A DNA stretch of 64,000 nt from Octopus vulgaris (taxonomy: Eukaryota): the NCBI GenBank assembly GCA_951406725.2, contig OX597823.1:88970001-89034000 (forward strand). The letters run 5' to 3'. Below the pieces are notes generated by a model that was not told the DNA's origin, made no database searches, and was given only the letters and a program-made list of their open reading frames with translations. Made by a program: the position numbers and the translations under genes. Shown one piece after another: positions 54,208 through 64,000 of this stretch. The number at the start of each line of letters is the position of its first letter. Position 1 is the first letter of the stretch.

Positions 54208-56443
54208 ACCCCAAAATAATAAACTTATCTAAAAGAGAACTTGACGAATATGAAATGAACCTACTACTAAAAGGCCTCAAATTTACACCTACACCCACTC
54301 CAAACCTCATAGAACTAAAAACTGATATAGACAACTTCAGCCGCAACCTTCGCCTTATGGAATTCTTTGAAAATAAAGAAACAGAAGATAACTCAATCAT
54401 AAGAAAAAAATCTCACTTCACCCCTTACAAGGGAAGTGACAAACACCTTGACACATACATAGAAACAATATCCAAATTCCCTCTCCTCACACACAAATGC
54501 AAACAGAATCTCCGCAGAGAAGAGAAACAAGCCCTACAAAAACTGAAAAATGACAAATCAATCGTTATAAAAGAAGCTGACAAAGGTGGAGCAATAGTAA
54601 TTATGGACACAGATTACTACAAAGAAAAGATACTAGAGTTACTGAACAACCAGACATACTACAAAGAAGAACCAACACCACCGGAGAAAACAACGATATG
54701 AAAAATTAGAACTTTAGTCAATGAATATCAGGACTCCTTTACAGATAAGGAGGAAGACTATCTATGCAACTCACAAACCAAAGAAAGCAACATTTATGGA
54801 TTACCTAAAATTCATAAAAGCTCGGAAATACAGAGAGCCATAAAGGAACAGAGGAATCACTATATAAGAGTACAAAGGCCTGCAGACCTCACAATGAGAC
54901 CAATAGTGGCAGGACCCCAGGCACCAACACAACATCTAAGCCACTTCATAGATATACTCCTCAAACCTTTATGCCCACAGATTCCAAGCTACATAAGGGA
55001 TGACATAGACTTCCTCACACACATTCCAAATACAGTCCCGAAAAGCACCATACTTGCAAGCTTTGATGTCACAAATCTATACACAAACATACCACACACC
55101 CTAGGTCTAGAAGCTATAAAACAATCAATAGAAAAATACAGAGAACTTATAGACGAACGCTTCAAGACAAACTTTATCACCCAAGCCACCCAACTAATAC
55201 TAGAAGAAAACACATTCTCATTCAACAACAAGACATACCGACAGATAAAAGGCACGGCTATGGGTACAAAATTCGCACCTTCATATGCCAACCTGGTGAT
55301 GGGCTTCCTGGAGTAAAAACTATATGACGAAATAGGGAAAGTCTTCGAACACGACTTCAGAGAAGACATCAAGAAAAAGTGGAAACGCTACCTCGATGAC
55401 TGTTTCATCTTTTGGAACAGATCAGAAGAGGACCTACAAACATTCCACAACATCCTCAATACGCTGCACCCATCTATCAATTTCACAATAGATACCAGCC
55501 ACAACGAACTTCCCTTCCTAGACATCAACATCAAAATACACAACTCCATCGTCACAACAGACATCCACTACAAAAAACTGACACACATCAATACTTAAAT
55601 TTCCACTCCTGCCACCCATCCCACACAAAAAGAAACATCCCATATAGTATGGCACGACGAATATGTAGCATAGTAACTGATTCACAAATACGATTAATAA
55701 GACTAGATGAACTCAAAAGCTTCCTCCTAGAGCAAAAATACCCCCTTAAACTAATAGAAAATGGAATCACAAGAGCATTAAAACTAGACATCACACAACT
55801 CAGGACACCCAAAACAAAAAACAAAGAAAACACTATCCCTTTTATAAACACACACAACCCTGGAGTTACCAACATCTTCCAAACCATACATTCAAACCTA
55901 CCAATAGCCTTACAAAGCCCCAAAATGAAAAACATATTAAACAAATATAGCATAAAAAACAGTAGACGACAGGACAAAAACCTAAAAAAACACCTAACAA
56001 GAGCGAAATTCTCTTCAGAAACTAAAACGGAATTCTTTGCAAAAGAGTGCGGAGATGGTAGATGTGGGACCTGCAGCAACCCCACCTACAAATACATAGA
56101 GAGCAACAGAGAGATAAGATTTAAAAATGGTGACATATTCAAAGTAAATGCAGATATGAACTGCAAGACGCAGAACGTCATATACTGCATAACCTGCCCC
56201 ACGTGCAAGGAGAATTACGTAGGTGAAACTGGTAATTCTTTGTGCCAGCGAGCCAGGATCCACCGACAACATATTCGGCAGGAAGAACTACGCAAAATAC
56301 CACTAAGCACACACCTAGCTACATGTGGAGAAGGAAAATTTAAGATATTTCCCTTCTACAAGTGTCCGAAGAACGACACCTCCTTCAGGAGGAATATGGA
56401 AAAACATTTCATAGCTAAGTTCTCCCCCAAATTAAATGGCTGA
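54117..56443 (+). pseudogene. PLE RT + GIY-YIG ORF with two nonsense codons and one frameshift
   Basis: A single frame carries KIINLSKREL...KGLKF through TGA (54699) and TAA (55314) to RYLDD. A 1 nt loss in the A-run near 55572 shifts into ORF 55412-56443. Confidence 0.9.
54129..54138 (+). promoter_or_regulatory. Putative -1 ribosomal frameshift site T TTT TTA GGG
   Basis: X XXY YYZ heptamer in phase with ORF1. The -1 frame is open from 54117 and runs into the RT. Confidence 0.6.
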
Positions 56444-56458
56444 AACTTTACTCAACAT

Positions 56459-57055
56459 ACATTGAAGGACAAATTTTTCGATTTACAATGTGATACAGTG
56501 GAACATTTAATATATGTTTGTATATATATAGGTGTGTGTGTGTATGTTACCTGTTATATACGTTATATTGTTTTTGCGATTTACTTCATCTTTACTTGCC
56601 AATTGTCATTCTAATTTTAACCTTCCTATGATATACAATTTTCAAGATGGTGTAACTTGATTATTCATTTTGATTCGATAGAAGGTGGATTTTTCTCTAA
56701 TATTTCATGTGTAAGCATGTATATATATATATATATAGTGACATTGAAGGACACATCTTTCGATTTACAATCTAATATAGTAGAACATTTAGGATATGTC
56801 TGTATGTGTATATATGTATATATATATATATATCTGTGTGTGTATAGATATGTGTATTGCCTGTTATATACATTATATTATATTATTATCTTTATAATTT
56901 ACTTCCATCTTTACCTTTTAATTGTCACTTTAATTTTAACTTTCCTATGATATACAATTTTCAAGATGGTGTAATTTGGTTATTCATTTTGAACCGATAA
57001 AAAGGTTTTTTTCAAATATTTTATGTATAAGTCTGTGTGTATATATATATATATG
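56459..57055 (+). repeat. Imperfect ~290 bp tandem duplication in PLE 3' UTR
   Basis: CATTGAAGGACA...TTTTCAAGATGGTGTAA at 56460 and 56742. Confidence 0.8.
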
Positions 57056-57673
57056 TATTGGTATAAATATCAACACACAAAAGTATTTTTTTCTTCTCCA
57101 CTTCCTCCCTTATTTTTATTTATTTTTTTATTTATTTTTTTATATTTTAATTTTTATTTTTTCATTTTTTATTTTTTATATATTTTTTATTATTTTTTAT
57201 TTTTATTTTTATATTTATATTTATTTTTATTTTCCCTTTTCTCTTTCTGTCTCTCTCTCCTTCTCCAAACACACAGACACACACACACACACGCACACAA
57301 AAACACACACGCACACACACACACACACCTCCACAAAACGATCATAGAAAGTGTGACCCCAAATGACATTTGTCCGGCCAGCCTACGCACAACACACACT
57401 CAGTGACACGAGACTGGACAGAGAGCAGAGCCAAAATTCTTAGAAAACCACAGGAGGTCCAGTAGGCCAACAGAATAATAATACTTCTTCTTCCCTATCA
57501 GATACAAACGCACACACACACACACACATACACACACACATACACACACACACACACACATACACATACACATGTTTTCTCTGTCTCACTTCCTCCTCAC
57601 CCTTTTATACTGTCTTATTCCTCCCCACCACTACTACGAAACTATAAAATGTTCAAATTACCCACAAGGAATT

Positions 57674-57722
57674 GATTTGATTTGAAAACCCCACTCGAAT
57701 GGGAGAAAGCGCTAATCCGAAT
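57674..57722 (+). ncRNA. Variant hammerhead, U3-A8 core, in 3' pseudo-LTR
   Basis: Same as 52375-52423 except for one change in loop II. Confidence 0.5.
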
Positions 57723-57814
57723 GATATGATCTGAATGATATGATATATATGTAAAAAATGTAATATATAAATAAATATCTATAAATACGAACCATCCGAT
57801 CTGATTACCTCATT

Positions 57815-57879
<65 letters not shown>

Positions 57880-58105
57880 GTGTGTGTGTATGTTTTTGTG
57901 TCTGCGTTTGTCCCCCCACCCAACATCGCTTGACAACCGATGTCTGTTTAGGTCCCCGTAACTTAGCGGTTCAGCAAAAGATACCGATAGAATAAGTACT
58001 AGGCTTACAAAGAATAAGTCCTGGGGTCGATTTGCTCGACTAAAGGCGGTGCTCCAGCATGGCCACAGTCAAATGACTGAAACAAGTAAAAAAGTAAAAG
58101 AGTAA
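57880..58105 (+). mobile_element. 3' half of a SINE family B copy (5' half at 51625-51725)
   Basis: Matches 5260-5455. The complementary head portion lies immediately upstream of the PLE. Confidence 0.8.
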
Positions 58106-58110
58106 AAGAG

Positions 58111-58152
<42 letters not shown>

Positions 58153-58310
58153 GTAGATATATATACATACATTCACAGACTCTCTCACATATATATGCAC
58201 AGGTATAATGTTATGTATGTATGTATGTATGTATGTAATAATACTCAATATATTATATATATATATATTTACATATATGCGTATGTGTATCTGGATCTCT
58301 CTCTCTCTCC

Positions 58311-58355
<45 letters not shown>

Positions 58356-58922
58356 AAAGAGGACGAGAAAATACAAGTGAGGGCGAGAAAGAAAGAGAGA
58401 AAGAGAGAGATGGTTGCATATATCATGTTACGCTAAACCAAACATCATTTTATGATGCAAGTGATGACGCACTCGCCATTTCTGTTGTAACTTCAAAGAC
58501 AATATTTACGGTATCAGTCCTGCTGCCATGATGATAACAGATGTGAGATTTGATAGAAGACAGTATTCCATTAATAGGTCAAAACGTATGTAATATACCG
58601 ATTCTGATGACGTAGAACGGATCCCATTAGCAGCGAAAATATACAACGTATGCATAAATTTATGGACAACATATATATAGCTTCTACATTTTCGTAAAAA
58701 GTTATTATATTACTATTATTAATATACATTGGTAATCTATTTCCAATCAAAACTTCATGTATATTATGCAATAGACTAACCGCGCTTTCGATCTCTGCAG
58801 TTCCACTGTCTGTTAAAACATGTGTGTTTGTGTGTGTGTATGTGTGTGCATGCGTGTGTATACGTGCGTGCGTGTGTGTGTATGTATTTGCGCACTTGTG
58901 TAACTGTACGTATCCGTCTGAC

Positions 58923-58956
<34 letters not shown>

Positions 58957-58957
58957 C

Positions 58958-60134
58958 CCATCATCGACCCTATCGCATCATCAACTCCTTCACCTGCACC
59001 TCCAGCAATATTATCTATTGCGTCTCTTGCTCTCTCTCTGCCATTCCCTGTACATCGGACAAACGGGACGCCGCTTGCCTGACCGGTTCGCGGAACACCT
59101 CCGTGACATCCGCCTTGCCAACGACACACCTGTCTCACGTCATTTCCGCTCCACCGGTTACTCCTTGCAACACCTGTCTGTGTTCGGTTTGTCCTTGCAC
59201 AGAGGCCATCCGGATTCCCGTTTGCGCCGTGAATAGGAATTAATCTTCTCTCTTCGCTCTTTTACGCCATTTGGCCTCAACTCTCCCCCTCCTCATCTAA
59301 CCCCCTCTCTCCCCTCCTCATCTAACCTCCCCCCGACCCCTACTTCTCTTCAGTCCTTCATCCTTTCACCCCTACTCCTCTTCCCTTCTTCCCACTTTCT
59401 TCTTCCCTCTTCCCCTTCCCTCTTTCTCTCTGCTTCCTCACTCCCCTTCTCTCTCTCTCCCCCTCTCCCTCTATCCTCTCCCCTCCTCTTCTCCTCTCCT
59501 TCCTTCTCCCCCTTCTCTCCTCTCCTCTTCTCCTCTCCTTCCTTCTCCCCTTCCCCCTTCTCTTCTCCCCTTTCCTCCCCCCTTACCCTCACCCCTCATC
59601 TCATCTCCCCCTCATCTCTCCTCTCTCTCCCCCTTACCTCCCCCTTTTCCCCTCTCCCCTCATCTCCTCTTTCTACACTACACCATACGACTTTACTAAT
59701 CACCCCTCATCCTCCCCTCCCCCCTCATCTCCTCTCTCTACACTACACCATACGACTTTACACATCACATCATATATACATACACACGTCCAGACCTCTC
59801 ATACGCACTAATACTCTCTCATACACACACTCACTCTTATGTTAGGGCGAGGTCATTTAACCCTATTATCTCCCCTAATTTCGTTCTTGCGTCTCACGTT
59901 TGATCTTTGACTTCTGGCCGAAATCAGATCGCCATGTTGATTCGCTAGCCTCTGCACGCATTTTTTTTCTCTCCTTCTTTCTGTGTTTCTTCTCTGTGTA
60001 TCTTTCTGTTGAAGAGCGTAGGCTCGAAACGTAAAAGACTTGTTTTATTTATATTCCCGAGCGCCATACTAATAAAATTGTTTGTTTGTATTCCACCTGC
60101 CTTCGTCTTTTGTTTATTTTCATAAAACTTCCCG

Positions 60135-60135
<1 letters not shown>
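58958..60135 (+). mobile_element. 5'-truncated PLE: GIY-YIG remnant plus CT-rich 3' UTR
   Basis: SFTCTSSNIIYCVSCSL / LYIGQTGRRLPDRFAEHLRDI...PVSRHF...RLRRE. Bounded by (TA)n. Confidence 0.85.
60001..60038 (+). ncRNA. Minimal hammerhead variant (U at position 6, extra A)
   Basis: TCTTT-CTGTTGA-A-GAGC-GTAG-GCTC-GAAA-CG-TA-AAAGA in the PLE 3' UTR. Confidence 0.6.
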
Positions 60136-60209
<74 letters not shown>

Positions 60210-60371
60210 TGTATGTATGTATATAAATGAAGTATAAGTTTATATAACTACATTTATATATTTTTTTCTAGTTTTGAATATCTGGCGTTCTTGTTATCTT
60301 TCATTTATTTGTTTATGTCTGGGCTACGAAAGGTCTTTGCATATTTTTGTTGGTCGTGATTATTCGTAGCA

Positions 60372-60458
60372 GTATCCTGATGAGGAATCTAATTTGTATT
60401 TCAAGAAGAGTTTTTCGTGTCTTTGGAATGAATTAGACGCAGAAACAATTTGTAGAAT
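60372..60458 (+). ncRNA. Eroded type I hammerhead with long stem II
   Basis: GTATC-CTGATGA-GGAATCTAATT...AATTAGACGCA-GAAA-CAATTTG-TA-GAAT. Confidence 0.5.
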
Positions 60459-60655
60459 GAATATTGGTTCTTTACCAACTTGGATTTGAATTAAATTAAA
60501 GTTCGTCTACACTTATAATTTTTTTCCTTTCCTTATAGTTCATATACTGGTTTTGCACATACAGAATATGTATTTTTTTAAATATATATTCATTATTTAG
60601 AATGTCCCGGCGGACTTGGATGTTTGACAGCCCCTTGAAGGATTTCGGTCCTCAC

Positions 60656-60689
<34 letters not shown>

Positions 60690-60900
60690 ATCTTTCTATA
60701 ATATGTAATTCTCTAGATGGTATAATTTAATTTTTTTCATTATTAAATGGATAAAAAGTGCTTTTTTTTCTAATTTATACATATATATTATATTTTGTGA
60801 AATTTGATTTAGTATTTCTAAATTGAATTATTCTTTCTTCTTCTTCTTCTTCTTCTTCTTCTTCTTCTTCTTCTTCTTCTTCTTCTTCTTCTTCTTCTTC

Positions 60901-61144
<244 letters not shown>

Positions 61145-61299
61145 TTATATGTATTTGTATAGGTAGAGATATACTTATGGTCGTATATATTGACGTAGCA
61201 TAACCTCTTTGCATGACCGCATCCATGCATGTATGGACCACAATGTGAATATATGTTGCCATTTATGTATCTATGACAGAATGTACGAATGCAGGCATA

Positions 61300-61480
61300 C
61301 ATGATAGAAACGTATCAGGTATCTTTCGCAGATTGGTCAGAATAAACTGGAAAGACAGGGTGACAAACGCAACAGTACTAGAAAAGTTGAAAGCCCAAAG
61401 ACACCTATTTACGAGGATCAAGTTCACAGAGCTATCATATTTTAGACAAACAATACGCTACGAATCATTTCTCCACACAA
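61300..61480 (+). pseudogene. RTE-clade LINE C-terminal fragment
   Basis: RRLVRINWKDRVTNATVLEK...LSYFRQTIR matches the RTE RRILxIxWxDxVTNxEVL...LxYFGHIxR pattern. Confidence 0.7.
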
Positions 61481-63587
61481 TCTTGACTTGCTGTATTCTC
61501 TCTATATATCTATAGCTTTTATTCAGCTGACTGCATGCATATTTTCGTTCTCGGAAATTGAAACTGTGCGACTTTACAGGTTAATCGGGCCTTCAAAGTT
61601 TTAGCTTACTTATCGTTACCAGGGAGTAAAGGGCAAGTGAGCCGAAGCTTCGATGTCACTGCTAGACTTCTGGTTCTAAATATATGCGCAATCTACTGAA
61701 ACTTTTGGTTCTAAATATATGCGTAATCTACTGAAATGTATTGAGCAATGCTTCAATTTAATGTTCAAATGTCCATATACAACTTTTACTTGAAACAAAC
61801 ATCTATATGTGAGTGTGTGTGTGTATGTGTGCGTGTGTGTGTGCGTGCGTGTGTGTGTGTACTGATCCTGTTTTTTTAGCGACAGACATAGTCTTAATAA
61901 TCATCCATTTTTGTCGACCTTTGTATCTTTTAGCAATTCACCGTAAGTTTCCATCATGTGATTCTTTCTATAACAGTCACATCCATGACCAAAGAGTTAC
62001 ATACATACCACCATTTTGTGTTTTTATATATCAGAGGTTACATTCTCTCCTTATCCGCTATATCCTTCTTTAATGATTATAGTAAGCTACGTTTCTGCCA
62101 ATATTGACCCAGTGGTATTTGAGGTTATTCTACTGTTACTTCTACCACCATGTCGAGCAATTACGTAGAGGCTATTTTGTTAACATTGTTATTGTGACAA
62201 ACTGCGCAGTGTAAAATTCAGGTTATTCACAGGCAAAAATAGATTTTGATATTAAAAAATTCTTGATTTTAAGACAATTTCATTTTAATGACGTCACAAA
62301 GACACATGCAATGTAAAACTCATCTCTGCTGCGTGAAATAAAAACTATAATCCTCTTTGTTTCTTTGTTACTGTTTGCAATCGGAAAATAACCGTTTTGC
62401 TCGTCAGCTTTCACACTGCTACAATTCTGTTGTCGATTTTTGCTCTTGCAAATGTCAATTTTTACGTCAAATATGCACAGAATATTCAAATGTCATTTTT
62501 CAAACAGAAACATAGGAAATGAAATCCAGTATTATACATGAAAAATGTATAAATAAAATCAATAAAATATCAGATGGATACAAATTAAAAATAAACAGTA
62601 ATACTGCAGTGTTGCATAAAAGTAGTGTTATGCCTGTTACTGGCAGAAAAATACGCTGTGACAATCGATAGAAACACAGAATACATCATGCGCCATTAAA
62701 AATCTTATTATTAAATGTAGAGAGTTCAAATGCAAAGGAGATAACCTTTGAATATCCACAAAATTAAACTGTGCAAGTACAGACTCGGTAGGTGTGGGAC
62801 AAAATCCATTGCCGATGTATCTCGTTCCTCCATGTTCCAATCAGGTAAGTGTGAGAATCAAGAAAGTCAACTCAAATGGGTATTTTTCTCGAGCCACAAG
62901 ACTCATAAGGCTTGTTACTCGGTTTCCTGAATAGGTACCAAACGGTAGATATAGTGTACTCCCTGAATGAGACGCTGGTCCGTTGTAGGCTTCAGGGCCA
63001 GTAATTTTGAAGGGAGGGAGAAAATCTGTTACATCGATCCCAATACTTGGCCAATCTATTTTATTGACCCTGATGAAAGGCAAACATGACCATCGTTGGA
63101 TTTCAACTCAGGATATAAACTACCGGAAGAAATGCCGCTAGACATTCTGTCCGACGTGATAACAAATCTGGCATCTCGCTACCATACTTAATAGTGGTTT
63201 TGAAACTGGCACAAGGTCAGCACTTTTAGGTAGTGATGAGGTCTTAGTTGAATTCTTTGCTCCACTAGTGTTTATTTTATCATTCCCGAAATGTTGAATG
63301 GCAAAGATGACCTGGGCAGGAATTGAACATAGAACATAAAGAAACAGAGGAAACGTCGCTAAGCATTTTGTGCGGCGAGGTAATGATTTTGCCATCATGC
63401 CGCTTTAGAATTAATTGTTCTCTGCGCTTAAATGGACGGTCGACGAACTAATTTAGACATCATTTTTAATCTTACAGAGTAAGGCGATGAGCTGGCAAAA
63501 TTATTAGCACGCCGAACAATACGCTCAATTTCGTCCGAGTTACGTTCTGAGTTGAAATTTCGGCACTACTTAAATACAGAGGTCCCA

Positions 63588-63990
63588 ATGCATCTACGTA
63601 TCGATATGAAGGGCACGTAATCTAGTTTTACAAGCACTACTGTTAATGATGTAAGGGGCCCCACAATGTCGTCTGTTTTTACTCCGATCTTTTTCCCCAC
63701 AATATCATGTTTTAAATTTGATGTTTTTCCAGTGCACACTCGTTAGGGTTTTTGTTTTAGGGTTAGGGTTAGGGTTTAAAGTTAGTTTTAATGTTAAGAT
63801 TACGGTTAAGGGTTAGTTTTAGGGTTAGTGTTTAGTGTTAGGATTAGGGTTAGGGTTAGTGTTTAGATTCAGGTTTAGAGTTAGGGTTTAGGATTAGTTT
63901 TAGTTTTTAGTTTCGACTTACACATGGGCCGCTTATGTGAAGTCTCAGTAGTTTTGGTAAAACTAGATTACCTCCCCTTTAGATGCGTAT
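63588..63990. mobile_element. MITE-like element with internal degenerate (TTAGGG)n
   Basis: Imperfect TIRs GTAATCTAGTTTTAC...ACTACTG (63617-63642) and CAGTAGT...GTAAAACTAGATTAC (63946-63971). TTAGGG variants at 63742-63900. Confidence 0.6.
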
Positions 63991-64000
63991 TTAATTAGTA

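Larger units (their letters stand above)
51797..57827 (+). mobile_element. Near-complete Penelope-like element (Neptune-like) with direct pseudo-LTRs
   Basis: pLTRs at 51797-52528 and 57090-57827. ORF1, RT (YGLPKIHK, RPIV, SFDVTNLYTNI, GTAMG, RYLDD), Zn-finger linker (CGDGRCGTC) and GIY-YIG (NVIYCITCPTCKENYVGET). Confidence 0.95.

Noticed and set aside
54699-54701. In-frame TGA in the PLE RT as selenocysteine (known for some Naiad PLEs)
   Set aside because: Not at a cysteine-motif position. The same ORF also has a TAA and a frameshift, and the EN is C-terminal, so ordinary decay is more likely.
58600-58650. CTGATGA...GAAA hammerhead candidate
   Set aside because: Stems I and II do not pair and there is no valid cleavage triplet.
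63742-63900. True telomere or chromosome end
   Set aside because: The array is short, degenerate and enclosed by inverted repeats, with ordinary sequence beyond.

Overview
AT-rich, microsatellite-saturated eukaryotic DNA. Its tRNA-derived SINE families resemble those of octopus/cephalopods (an inference from repeat content). I cannot support any host protein-coding gene, and most ORF-track hits are translated microsatellites. The window is dominated by Penelope-like retroelements (PLEs). One near-complete copy (51797-57827) has ~730 bp pseudo-LTRs, a long upstream ORF1 and an RT/GIY-YIG ORF. A 3.1 kb inverted (foldback) PLE lies at 44893-48001, and many short foldback termini sit in (TA)n tracts. 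Two signals stand out. (1) ORF1 and the RT ORF of the full PLE overlap in the -1 frame across an in-phase HIV-type slippery site, T TTT TTA GGG (54129-54138), suggesting a gag-pol-like programmed -1 frameshift in a retroelement class usually described as single-ORF. (2) There are about a dozen hammerhead ribozyme motifs from several unrelated PLE termini. They include compensatory C3-G8 to G3-C8 and U3-A8 core variants and a recurrent extra nucleotide after position 9. Also present: mariner/Tc1 relics, two non-autonomous Helitrons, LINE 3' ends that share tails with local SINEs, a 2.5 kb tandem duplication and a MITE carrying telomere-like repeats. All folds and alignments were done by eye, so repeat boundaries are approximate.
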